Source of the DNA: Spirochaetaceae bacterium
GTDB lineage: Bacteria > Spirochaetota > Spirochaetia > DSM-2461
Assembly (NCBI GenBank): GCA_051531975.1
Contig: JAOPTT010000012.1
Span: forward strand, 32,001-96,000
Direction of reading: 5' to 3'
DNA: 64,000 bases
Below the pieces are notes generated by a model that saw only the letters and a program-made list of their open reading frames with translations, was not told where the DNA came from and searched no databases. Position 1 is the stretch's first letter. Each line of letters begins with the position of its first letter. Positions 39,787 to 49,452 of the stretch are shown piece after piece. The position numbers were made by a program, and so were the translations under genes.

Positions 39787-41004
39787 TTGAATAATAAAAT
39801 AGAAAAGTACGCAGATCTTATTGTTAAAATAGGACTAAATATACAAAAAGGGCAGAACTTAATAATTACTACCCCTATCGAATGTGCAGATTTTGCCCGG
39901 ATAGTGATGCAAAAAGCCTACGAGGTTGGTGCTAGAGAAGTTTTTGTAAAGTGGATCGACGAACTATCTAATAAAATTAGATATCAAATGGCTTCCGATG
40001 AGGTTTTTGATGTATTTAATAGCTGGGATATTGATTTTTTAAATAAAACAGTAGATAAAGACTCTGCCTATCTTATGATTTCAGCTTCTGATCCTGAATT
40101 AATGAAAGACATTGACCCTAAAAAAATATCTAGACAAAATAAAGCTCAGTCATTAGCAATTAAATATTATAGATCAAAACTAATGGGTAATGAGAATGTT
40201 TGGTGTGTCGCATCAATACCAACCGTATCTTGGGCTAATAAAGTTTTCCCAGAGGATTCTAATGCTTTAAATAAGTTGTGGGATGCAATATTTACTGCAG
40301 TCCGTGTAGACCAACCAGATCCTGTTGCAGCCTGGAAAAAGCACCAAGACAATTTAAATAAAAGATTAGACTTTTTAAATAGTAACAATTTTTCAAAACT
40401 TCGATATAAAAATAGTATAGGAACAGATGTTATTGTTGAACTTCCTAAAAATCATTTATGGTTTGGTGGAGGGGATAAAACTACAAAAGGACAAGACTTT
40501 ATTGCAAATATGCCAACTGAAGAAGTTTTTACTATGCCTAAACATGATGCTGTTAATGGTAGAATTGTAAGCTCTATTCCACTTAATTTTAATGGTAATT
40601 TAATTGAAGACTTTTCATTTACTTTTAAAGATGGTGTTGTTATCGATTACGATGCAAAAAATGGTAAAGAGACTTTAACTGAGTTATTAAATACCGATTC
40701 TGGAGCCAAAAGGTTAGGTGAAGTTGCTTTAGTTCCCTATGATTCTCCAATATCAAACCAAAAAATTCTTTTCTTTAATACTCTATTTGATGAAAATGCA
40801 TCTTGTCATTTTGCCCTAGGAGAAGCATACCCAATATGTGTAAAAGGTGGAGAGTTTATGTCTCCAGAAGACTTACTAGCTGCTGGAGCTAATAAATCTC
40901 TAGTACATGTTGATTTTATGGTAGGTACCAAGGATTTAGAAGTTATTGGAATAAAAGCAGATGGCACACAAGTTCCTGTTTTTGTTAATGGAAACTTTGT
41001 CTGA
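39787..41004 (+). CDS. M29 family aminopeptidase (AmpS/PepS/AmpT)
   Basis: Motifs NMPTEEVFT, LGEVAL, NTLFDENASCHFALG and HVDFM. Confidence 0.95.
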   Translation: MNNKIEKYADLIVKIGLNIQKGQNLIITTPIECADFARIVMQKAYEVGAREVFVKWIDELSNKIRYQMASDEVFDVFNSWDIDFLNKTVDKDSAYLMISASDPELMKDIDPKKISRQNKAQSLAIKYYRSKLMGNENVWCVASIPTVSWANKVFPEDSNALNKLWDAIFTAVRVDQPDPVAAWKKHQDNLNKRLDFLNSNNFSKLRYKNSIGTDVIVELPKNHLWFGGGDKTTKGQDFIANMPTEEVFTMPKHDAVNGRIVSSIPLNFNGNLIEDFSFTFKDGVVIDYDAKNGKETLTELLNTDSGAKRLGEVALVPYDSPISNQKILFFNTLFDENASCHFALGEAYPICVKGGEFMSPEDLLAAGANKSLVHVDFMVGTKDLEVIGIKADGTQVPVFVNGNFV

Positions 41005-41015
41005 TTTTATTAAAT

Positions 41016-41036
41016 GAGACCCTATTATGGGGTCTC
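41016..41036. terminator. Hairpin at a convergent gene junction
   Basis: GAGACCCTA-TTA-TGGGGTCTC. Confidence 0.5.
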
Positions 41037-42932
41037 TATACCTCTCTCTTTTAATTCTTCTATAAAGTTTAAATATTCAGGTGTCTCTTTATCTTCTATT
41101 ATATTAAATACTTCCTGCATTACTGGAACCATTTTATTATAATCATAACTTGTAATGTCATATCCTTGATCAATTACATATAAAAGTAATTTATAATTTA
41201 CATTGTATGCTAAGTTACTTAAGTAACTAAAGTTATTAAATCCTGGAAGTTCCATTGTAAAACCTCTATCTATTAATATTTTAGCAGCCCATGCAAAGTT
41301 TGGATCTGATCCAGTATGATATAATATATGGTTTCCTTTTTCATTTCTATATTCCATATTGGAAGATTTATTTAATAATAACTTAAACTCCTCCTGCCTA
41401 TTAGCCTTTAATAACATCATCAGAGAGGTAAAAGCATCTCGTTCATTTATAGTTTTATCCTCTATATAATTTAAAACATTTAATCCTATATCTTGATCAT
41501 TATTTCTTAGTGCTCCCCAGAATGTAGGGTTTTCATTATTGTATATTCCAATTGTAGGATTTGCGTTATGTTTTAGAAGTAAATCAACGATTACTCTATT
41601 TTGATCAGATATTGCAGTTGCAAGAGGTACTCCATATATATCGTTTTCAAAATTTGGATCTGCTCCATTTTCTAATAATATTTTTACAATGGAACTATAT
41701 TTTTTTTCTGTAGCAATATGTAGTGCAGTCTCTTTGTTCCCTGTATTTTGTAAGTTAGGGTCAAAACCAGAATCCAGTAGTAGTTTTACAGACTTTATAT
41801 TACCACTGTTAGCAGCTTCATATACAAAACAAGTTCCAGTCTGCATTTGTATATCATTTATTTCGTCTCTACGGTTTTCTAATAGTTTTTTGATACTCCC
41901 AATATCCCTCTGTCTTATTGCTGAAAATAGTTCAAAACTATACCGAGATTTACTTATATAACTCTGGCTTTTACGGTTTTGGTCAAACAGAGATGCTATT
42001 ACTGGATCAACTTCTATATTTTTTGGTAACTTCGGAGGTTTCACACTGCTTCTAAATAGATTGTCATTTGTAGTTATTTTTTTATCTTTTAGAATATCTG
42101 ATATTTCTCTTAATCTATTCCAATCAGATTTACTCCAGGAATAGTTATTAATTAGATTTAAAACAGCCATAGATCTATTACTTATATTTTCTTCCATTCG
42201 TAAACTTTTATACCAAAGCATAGTTAAACCAGCGACATAACTAGAACCAAAATCTAACCAGTTAGAATCAAAATTTGACATTTCTGTTGCTATATCTTCA
42301 AGGATACTAAAGGCTTCATATTCTGTAATAAAGTCCATTGCATAACCCCAACGAACCATTATGGAGAGTCTTTCCAACTCAAATAGGTGTATGTCCATAA
42401 AAGATGTATAATCAGCTCTATTTATCAAATATACAATTTTAAGATAGTCATCTAATGTAATAATTCCATTGTCTATTTCTTCCTGCCAGGTATCTTGTTC
42501 TAAAAGTAGATCCTTGTCATGTAAGTATTCTGGTTTTAATAGTAAGATATTTAATATCCCAATATACCTTGATCTCATTCCACTTATATAAAGTCTATTA
42601 ATTCTAATTAAATAATCTTCTCTATTTTTTACACTCCAAAATGAATCTAAAATCTCAGTTGCGTCCTCTTTAGCTTTAACTGGAGAGTTCTTGGTGTTAA
42701 GAGAGCTATAATTATAATTGTTAAAAAGAGATATAATATCTGAACCTTCTAGTGCAAATTGCCTAAACTCTTTTAGAAGTTCATCATCTTCTTTTGTTAA
42801 TATTCTATTTTTTTTAGTTTCAGTTGTTATAGTTAATACATCAAGATCCAATATTTCCTGATCTGTTAAATTCTCTGTAGTTAAGCAGCTTGATAATAAA
42901 ACTGAAAGTAGTATTACTATATATCTTTTCAT
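41025..42932 (-). CDS. Lipoprotein with DUF1266-like domain and ankyrin repeats
   Basis: Lipobox LSSC; DUF1266-like VRWGYAMDFITEYEA...NWLDFGSSYVAG; ankyrin motifs TALHIA...LLENGADPN. Confidence 0.75.
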   Translation of the reverse strand: MKRYIVILLSVLLSSCLTTENLTDQEILDLDVLTITTETKKNRILTKEDDELLKEFRQFALEGSDIISLFNNYNYSSLNTKNSPVKAKEDATEILDSFWSVKNREDYLIRINRLYISGMRSRYIGILNILLLKPEYLHDKDLLLEQDTWQEEIDNGIITLDDYLKIVYLINRADYTSFMDIHLFELERLSIMVRWGYAMDFITEYEAFSILEDIATEMSNFDSNWLDFGSSYVAGLTMLWYKSLRMEENISNRSMAVLNLINNYSWSKSDWNRLREISDILKDKKITTNDNLFRSSVKPPKLPKNIEVDPVIASLFDQNRKSQSYISKSRYSFELFSAIRQRDIGSIKKLLENRRDEINDIQMQTGTCFVYEAANSGNIKSVKLLLDSGFDPNLQNTGNKETALHIATEKKYSSIVKILLENGADPNFENDIYGVPLATAISDQNRVIVDLLLKHNANPTIGIYNNENPTFWGALRNNDQDIGLNVLNYIEDKTINERDAFTSLMMLLKANRQEEFKLLLNKSSNMEYRNEKGNHILYHTGSDPNFAWAAKILIDRGFTMELPGFNNFSYLSNLAYNVNYKLLLYVIDQGYDITSYDYNKMVPVMQEVFNIIEDKETPEYLNFIEELKERGIETP

Positions 42933-45736
42933 AAACCCTCTGTAATAAAATCTACATGACTAATCTTTACAACTGATTCTTTTGGTATAAGTAATATAGC
43001 AGATTCACCAATCCTAGAATCTATGATCTCATTATCACATTCAATTCCATTTATTATTAGACGAATATTATTTGATTGTTTTATAAACTCAACTATATAT
43101 GTTTTACCCTTTGATAAGTTTAATTCATTTCTATTTTGATTGTGATGAATCTTATTTTCATCATTTAAAATACCAAAATCACTGTGTTTATCATTTATAT
43201 TTACAATAAAGTTAATATCCCGTTGGTTTCCTTTTTTATTTGAAAATAATAACTCTAAACCTTTGTCAAAATCTTCTATAGTAAACACCATTCTAAAGTC
43301 ATTATTAGTTGGAAAATCAGTTTTAGAGAGCATTAAAATATTTTTATCTGTTTTATTGATTAGCGATATTTTATTATCCTTTTTTTTATGCTCTAAATCT
43401 TTTAAATAGCCATAAGTAAAGTATGCTCCTTTTTGGCTAATATACTTGTTTTTGAGTTCTGTAGTAATATTTCTCTCTTTTAACTTAGAGATAAAATCTT
43501 TCTTTTTATCAGTATCGATAACACCTAATATTTCTAAAGTCTCTTCCATACTTTTAATTGTTGCACCACTGTCGAAAGCTTCTATAAACTCATCATAGGC
43601 TTCTAATCTTCCTAACATATCTATAATAGATGAATCCTTAGGACCTAATAGATTTATATCTGCATCATTTTCTAAAAGTATCTGGGTTGCCCATCTAAAA
43701 TGTGGTTTAGAATAAGCTAGATATAGAATATTCCAACCATTATCATTTTTATAGTTTAGGTTTTCTGCTCTTTGGACCACACGACGAAATTCATCTTTTT
43801 GATCTCTATACATTAGGGACCTAAGAATTGTATAAGAACTTTTTTGTGCAATTTTTTGATCTGGAGTATTATCTAGAAAATAATTTATATCATCTATTGA
43901 ACCATAATTTCTTAAAAACCATAAGCCAGATCTAAGACTGTCAGTTTGCACATATTTATCGTTCGTAACATCTAGTAAATATCTAAATAGAGGAGCAAAG
44001 TTATCTACTTCTGAAAATAGACTTTTTTTATCTTCTTTTAATTTATTATATATATCAAAATGTTGAGTATCTAAATAGTCTAATAGTGCAGTATAAGTGT
44101 TTTTTTTAGGAATAGAAGTATCTGCTCCCATCTTATATAATAATTTATACCTTTCTAAATGGTCATCTTGCTCCGAAGATCGAACTAAAATAAAAGCAGT
44201 TGAACCATTATCTTTTTGAATATTTATATCCGGATCTTTAAATAAAAGGTATTCAAGTAGAGCTAGGGAACTATATCTTGTTGCCATATGTATATAGGAC
44301 CAATCTTTATATGCAAAACCATTGATATCTTTTATGTGATCAAGAAGTTTTTTTCCAATTAGTTCATAGTTGTTCCTTAAACTTAATCCTAATACAGAAT
44401 AATCACTAACATAACCTATTTCTGGATCAGCTCCATTTTCAAGAAGTAAACTAACAGCCCTTATATCATTATTATTAACTGCTATACATAATGGAGTTTT
44501 ATCTTCTAAGTTTAAAATATTTGGATCCGCATTATTTTTTAGTAATACAGATATTGCACTATATTTTTTATTTCTAACCGCTTGATGTAACGGTGTATCA
44601 TTATTAGTATGTTCTCTTAAGTCAGGGTCAAATCCTAAATTTAAAAGGGATTCTAAGATTCTAATATTTTTATCCGTGGCTTCATGTATTGTTGAATTCC
44701 CATTATGATTAATATAATTATAGAATTCATAACCCTGACTTATTAAATTTTTGACTTCCTTGTAATCGTCATCTTTTACTGCTAAATAAAGATTATAGTC
44801 CTGTTTATAAACACTAATAAGGTCATATGTCTTTCTATTAGTATTAAAGATTAATTTTATTTTAGCATCTGCTTCTAACTTAGGGTTTAATAAAGGTACA
44901 TTGTATATATGATCATTATCAAGTTTTATTTCTTCCTGGATATTTATTGATTCATATAATTTTTGTAGATCTGTAATATCTGAATATTTCCATTTTGTGT
45001 GGTTTATTAATTTTAGGGCCATTAATGAATTTTTATATATACTAGGATTTATTCGATCGTTTCCTCTAAACAAGAAAGCAACCCCAGCCACATAACTTTT
45101 TGCAAAATCGTACCAACTTCCAGAAAATGACATTAGTTCTAAACATATTTGGTCATAAATGGAATTAGACTCAGATTCAGTTAAAAAACCTGCAGTAACT
45201 CCAGCTCTAGTTAATAAGGATATAAAAGTCAGATCGTATATTCTAGCATCTTCAAGGTTTATGAATTTACCATTAACAATTAAATATCTAAATGTTTTAA
45301 ACATACTATCTTTAATTGTCCCAGAAGATAATTCATGGGCCCAATTTTCTTCTTTTAATAATTCATCGGAACTATTTAGAAGTTCTGGTCTTAATAAAAA
45401 TGAAGTCATTGCATCGTTTATAGATCCTCTTAAACCATTATAGTAGTACCAGTCAATTATCTCTTTTAACTCTTTTTTACTGGCAATATGCATTTCATTA
45501 TCTAAATAACTAATAGAGTAATCTTTGTTTGTATCAATATCTTCTGTTAATAAGCTAGTTGGTAAATCTGAAATAGATCTACCAAGTAATCTAAATGTCG
45601 AAAGATCGGTACTATTTTCAGACTTTAATTCAATTTTATCACTGTTAAATAGAGACTTACTTATCTGGGTACTTGAATCTGGTGTTATACACGAAGCAAA
45701 TAGTAGTATTATTAATATATAAATAAATTTTTTCAT
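42929..45736 (-). CDS. Lipoprotein with DUF1266-like domain, long ankyrin array and C-terminal beta-rich domain
   Basis: Lipobox FASC; TRAGVTAGFLTESES...SWYDFAKSYVAG; TPLHQAV, TPLCIAV and LLENGADP. ATGA overlap with its paralogue. Confidence 0.75.
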   Translation of the reverse strand: MKKFIYILIILLFASCITPDSSTQISKSLFNSDKIELKSENSTDLSTFRLLGRSISDLPTSLLTEDIDTNKDYSISYLDNEMHIASKKELKEIIDWYYYNGLRGSINDAMTSFLLRPELLNSSDELLKEENWAHELSSGTIKDSMFKTFRYLIVNGKFINLEDARIYDLTFISLLTRAGVTAGFLTESESNSIYDQICLELMSFSGSWYDFAKSYVAGVAFLFRGNDRINPSIYKNSLMALKLINHTKWKYSDITDLQKLYESINIQEEIKLDNDHIYNVPLLNPKLEADAKIKLIFNTNRKTYDLISVYKQDYNLYLAVKDDDYKEVKNLISQGYEFYNYINHNGNSTIHEATDKNIRILESLLNLGFDPDLREHTNNDTPLHQAVRNKKYSAISVLLKNNADPNILNLEDKTPLCIAVNNNDIRAVSLLLENGADPEIGYVSDYSVLGLSLRNNYELIGKKLLDHIKDINGFAYKDWSYIHMATRYSSLALLEYLLFKDPDINIQKDNGSTAFILVRSSEQDDHLERYKLLYKMGADTSIPKKNTYTALLDYLDTQHFDIYNKLKEDKKSLFSEVDNFAPLFRYLLDVTNDKYVQTDSLRSGLWFLRNYGSIDDINYFLDNTPDQKIAQKSSYTILRSLMYRDQKDEFRRVVQRAENLNYKNDNGWNILYLAYSKPHFRWATQILLENDADINLLGPKDSSIIDMLGRLEAYDEFIEAFDSGATIKSMEETLEILGVIDTDKKKDFISKLKERNITTELKNKYISQKGAYFTYGYLKDLEHKKKDNKISLINKTDKNILMLSKTDFPTNNDFRMVFTIEDFDKGLELLFSNKKGNQRDINFIVNINDKHSDFGILNDENKIHHNQNRNELNLSKGKTYIVEFIKQSNNIRLIINGIECDNEIIDSRIGESAILLIPKESVVKISHVDFITEGL

Positions 45737-45896
45737 GCTTTAAGAATAAATATTTAGCTTAATTTTGTCTACAAAAAGAAATTGAATACTAAATATAATA
45801 TATAAATGGATTTTTTTGTTCAAATTATTGACTTTTATCCTATCTTTTTACAACATAAATCAGAGTAAAAATCACAGAGAAAGGTAAGTATAGAAT

Positions 45897-47555
45897 ATGT
45901 GTTCAATAGTTGGAGTATTTGATACTAGAGAAGATGCTAGTTTATTAAGAGATCAGGCACTTGATATGTCAAGAAAGTTACGACATAGGGGTCCAGACTG
46001 GTCAGGTATATTTATAAACGAGAAAGCAATTCTAGTTCATGAGAGATTATCAATCGTAGGTGTTGAAAATGGTGCACAGCCACTTTATTCAACAGATAAA
46101 AAGCAGGTTTTAGCAGTAAATGGTGAAATCTATAATCATAGAGAGATACGAAATAATCAAGATTATACATTTGCAACTAATTCTGACTGTGAGGTAATTC
46201 TTCCATTATATAAAGAAAAGGGAGTGGATTTTTTAAACGATCTTAATGGTATATTTGCATTTGCACTTTATGATACCACAGATAATAGTTACCTTATTGC
46301 AAGAGACCCTATGGGAGTTATTCCTCTTTATTATGGTCGTGATGAGAATGGTGTATTTTATGTAGCATCTGAAATGAAAGCATTGGTTGGTTATTGTAAA
46401 CATATTAACGACTTCCCTCCAGGGCATTATTTACATAGTAAAGATGGAGAATTTGTTAAGTATTATAACAAAGACTGGTTTGATTATGAAAATGTTAAAG
46501 ACAATACTACTAGTGTTCCAGATATCAAAGAAGCTTTAGAAGCTGCTGTTCATAGACAACTAATGTGCGATGTTCCATATGGAGTTTTATTATCAGGTGG
46601 TTTAGATTCATCAATTACTTCTGCTGTTGCTAAAAGATATGCAGCAAAAAGAATTGAAAGTGATGATCAAAATGCTGCTTGGTGGCCACAGTTACATAGT
46701 TTTGCAGTTGGTTTGCATGACTCACCTGACTTAGTAGCTGCAAAAAAAGTTGCAGATCAGATTGGTACAATACATCATGAGATTAAGTTTACAGTTCAAG
46801 AAGGGTTTGATGCATTAAGAGATGTAATTTACCACCTTGAAACATTTGATGTAACAACAATTAGATCTAGTGTCCCAATGTTTTTAATGGCAAGGGTTAT
46901 TAAATCTATGGGTATAAAAATGGTATTAAGTGGTGAAGGTGCCGATGAGATTTTTGGTGGTTATCTTTATTTCCATAAAGCTCCAAATCCTGAAGAGTTA
47001 CATAAAGAAACTGTACGTAAACTTGAAAAATTATATAAATATGACTGTTTAAGAAGTAATAAATCTATGGCAGCATGGGGAATAGAGAGCCGTGTACCAT
47101 TTTTAGACCTTGAGTTTTTAGATATTGCAATGAGACAAAATCCTAAGGATAAAATGCCATCTAAAGATAGAATGGAAAAATATATCTTACGAGAAGCATT
47201 TGAAGATTATGTTCCTAAAGAAGTTGCTTGGCGGCAAAAAGAGCAGTTTTCTGATGGTGTTGGTTATTCATGGATTGATGGATTAAAAGATAAAGCTGAA
47301 GTTGAAATTTCTGATGATGACTTAAAAAATGCTAAATTTAAATATCCTATTAGCACTCCTAGAACAAAGGAAGAGTTAATGTATAGGAACATATTTGTTG
47401 AACTTTTTCCGGCAGATGATTCTGCAAAGTGTATTCCATTTGAAGAATCTATTGCTTGTAGTACTGCAATTGTTTTTGAATGGGATCAAGCTTTAAAAGA
47501 GATTGCAGACCCATCTGGAAGATCTGTTAAAAGCATCCATGATCAGAGTTATTAA
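45897..47555 (+). CDS. asnB: Asparagine synthetase B (glutamine-hydrolysing)
   Basis: N-terminal Cys; motifs RHRGPDWSG, NGEIYNH, LLSGGLDSS, SGEGADE and RQKEQFSDGVG. Confidence 0.97.
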   Translation: MCSIVGVFDTREDASLLRDQALDMSRKLRHRGPDWSGIFINEKAILVHERLSIVGVENGAQPLYSTDKKQVLAVNGEIYNHREIRNNQDYTFATNSDCEVILPLYKEKGVDFLNDLNGIFAFALYDTTDNSYLIARDPMGVIPLYYGRDENGVFYVASEMKALVGYCKHINDFPPGHYLHSKDGEFVKYYNKDWFDYENVKDNTTSVPDIKEALEAAVHRQLMCDVPYGVLLSGGLDSSITSAVAKRYAAKRIESDDQNAAWWPQLHSFAVGLHDSPDLVAAKKVADQIGTIHHEIKFTVQEGFDALRDVIYHLETFDVTTIRSSVPMFLMARVIKSMGIKMVLSGEGADEIFGGYLYFHKAPNPEELHKETVRKLEKLYKYDCLRSNKSMAAWGIESRVPFLDLEFLDIAMRQNPKDKMPSKDRMEKYILREAFEDYVPKEVAWRQKEQFSDGVGYSWIDGLKDKAEVEISDDDLKNAKFKYPISTPRTKEELMYRNIFVELFPADDSAKCIPFEESIACSTAIVFEWDQALKEIADPSGRSVKSIHDQSY

Positions 47556-47573
47556 ATACTAATATTATATATT

Positions 47574-47603
47574 AAAGCCCATGACTTAGTTCATGGGCTT
47601 TTA
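47574..47603 (+). terminator. Intrinsic terminator after asnB
   Basis: AAAGCCCATGA-N6-TCATGGGCTTT followed by T residues. Confidence 0.85.
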
Positions 47604-47660
47604 CTTTATAAGTCTAATTATAAACTTGACTACTGCTAAAATTGGGTTTAATTTGAATTT

Positions 47661-47811
47661 AAGGAGTTTTTTTGAAAAAAAGTATTAAATTATTTATTTG
47701 GACTACTTATATATCGCCTTTAAAATAAAGTGATTTAAGTAGTAACAACTAATATTTATCTCGTGGCGATATTCCTTAAGTTGTATAAATTATATACATA
47801 AGGATAGAACG
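47661..47811 (+). promoter_or_regulatory. Putative translational-attenuation leader with an 18-aa uORF
   Basis: AAGGAG then a TTG uORF at 47672-47728 (MKKSIKLFIWTTYISPLK); alternative stems; a hairpin covering the downstream RBS. Confidence 0.6.
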
Positions 47812-49029
47812 TTGAAAAATAGAGAATATGAAATTATAAACAACTCAGAAAATATATCATTAACAGAAATAGGATTATTATTTGATGAGATATTTACAGA
47901 TGAAAATGTAGGTAATCTTGGAATAGTCGCTACTCAATTTATGCCAGGATTAGAACATAAAAACTGGTATTTAATTAAAAATAATAAACTTGTGTCTGGT
48001 CTTGCTAGGGTCAATTGGAATGTAACATTTGGAGATATTCTACTAAAAGTTTGGGAACAAGCTATTGTTGGTACATTAACAAGTGAAAGAGGGCAAGGAT
48101 TAATATCTAAACTTAATCAAAAATTAGATATTGATGCCCAAAAAGAAGACGTGGATTTAATTATAATCCAAGGTATCCCTGGATTCTATAATAAGTTTGG
48201 ATATCGATATTCTATAGAGTTTGAAACTCATATTAATTTAAGTTTAGATAAAATTATGGATGTTTTAAAACCTTATAAAGTTAGGTTAGCAACAATAGAG
48301 GATTTCCCTCTTTTTAAATTGAGAGAAGAGCAGGACAAAAACCGGCTTTTAATACAATCTCACCGGGATTTAAATGATTGGATGTACCAATTATCAAATT
48401 CTTCAGAAACAGAATATTCGTCTAAAGTTTATGTTTTTGATGAAAAATACTATGTTAAAATCCAGGACCAAGGTTTTGGGAATGGTTTAATAGTTTCAGA
48501 AATTTCACAAAATATCACAAGTGATAAACTAGACAACATACTTCTTTTTTTAAAAAATGACGCTTCTAAAAACAGTAAGCCATATATAAGATTTAATTTG
48601 CCAACTAATAGTCTTATAGCTAAAAGTATATTAAATAGGGGCGCAAAGATAGAAGGAAAATATGGATGGCAAGTTAAAATATTAAGTTATGAAAAGTTTC
48701 TAAATAAAGTCAAACCTGTATTAGAAAATAGATTAAGTAATAGTAATTTTAACTTATTTAAAGGAACTTTTTCTCTAGGTATAAATAACAAGAAACTAAT
48801 AATTGAAATAGAGGATTCTAAAGTTAATCAAATTTATTGGGGTGATTGTGAATGTAGTTTAGGTATTAACATACCATTGGATTTAGTAGAACCTCTATTT
48901 TTGGGATATAAAGATTGGAAAACACTAAACAATTGTAGACCTGATCTTTATGTTTTTTCTAAGGATGCCGGAGAACTACTTGGCATACTTTTCCCAGAAG
49001 AAAATAGTTGGTTATATAGTATTTGGTAG
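47812..49029 (+). CDS. GNAT acetyltransferase (Eis-like, tandem GNAT plus C-terminal domain)
   Basis: Acetyl-CoA motif VGTLTSERGQGLISKL; GIPGFYNKFGY. TTG start. Confidence 0.85.
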   Translation: MKNREYEIINNSENISLTEIGLLFDEIFTDENVGNLGIVATQFMPGLEHKNWYLIKNNKLVSGLARVNWNVTFGDILLKVWEQAIVGTLTSERGQGLISKLNQKLDIDAQKEDVDLIIIQGIPGFYNKFGYRYSIEFETHINLSLDKIMDVLKPYKVRLATIEDFPLFKLREEQDKNRLLIQSHRDLNDWMYQLSNSSETEYSSKVYVFDEKYYVKIQDQGFGNGLIVSEISQNITSDKLDNILLFLKNDASKNSKPYIRFNLPTNSLIAKSILNRGAKIEGKYGWQVKILSYEKFLNKVKPVLENRLSNSNFNLFKGTFSLGINNKKLIIEIEDSKVNQIYWGDCECSLGINIPLDLVEPLFLGYKDWKTLNNCRPDLYVFSKDAGELLGILFPEENSWLYSIW

Positions 49030-49051
49030 AAGTTAACTTTTTATAACACAA

Positions 49052-49088
49052 TAACTCCTAAATTTACTATAATTTAATTTAGGAGTTA
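49052..49088. promoter_or_regulatory. 13-bp perfect inverted repeat pairing with the FHA gene RBS
   Basis: TAACTCCTAAATT...AATTTAGGAGTTA, with TATAAT in the loop. Confidence 0.65.
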
Positions 49089-49092
49089 ATAT

Positions 49093-49437
49093 ATGGATGA
49101 GACCATCTCATTAAAAAGTAATGTAGGTAAGAGATTAGAACAAATTCAAAGATCACAAAATTGTAATATAATATATAAGGGTAGAAAGGTTCCACTTGTA
49201 ACTAAAATTACAATTGGACGAAATAAAGCTAATGATATTGTTTTAGATCATATTTTAATTAGCCGATTCCATGCAGAGATCCAAAAAATTGACAACGAAT
49301 ATTTTATTAAAGATTTAGATAGTTCCAATAATACATATGTTAACAATGACAAAATAATAAGTCAAAAATATATTAAACTAAATCTAGATGATGTTATTCA
49401 TGTGGGTAAAACTCAATTTAAAATACATTTTTTATAG
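49093..49437 (+). CDS. FHA domain protein
   Basis: Motifs ITIGR, ISRFHA and DLDSSNNTYVN. Confidence 0.93.
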   Translation: MDETISLKSNVGKRLEQIQRSQNCNIIYKGRKVPLVTKITIGRNKANDIVLDHILISRFHAEIQKIDNEYFIKDLDSSNNTYVNNDKIISQKYIKLNLDDVIHVGKTQFKIHFL

Positions 49438-49452
49438 TGTAAGGAGTAATTT

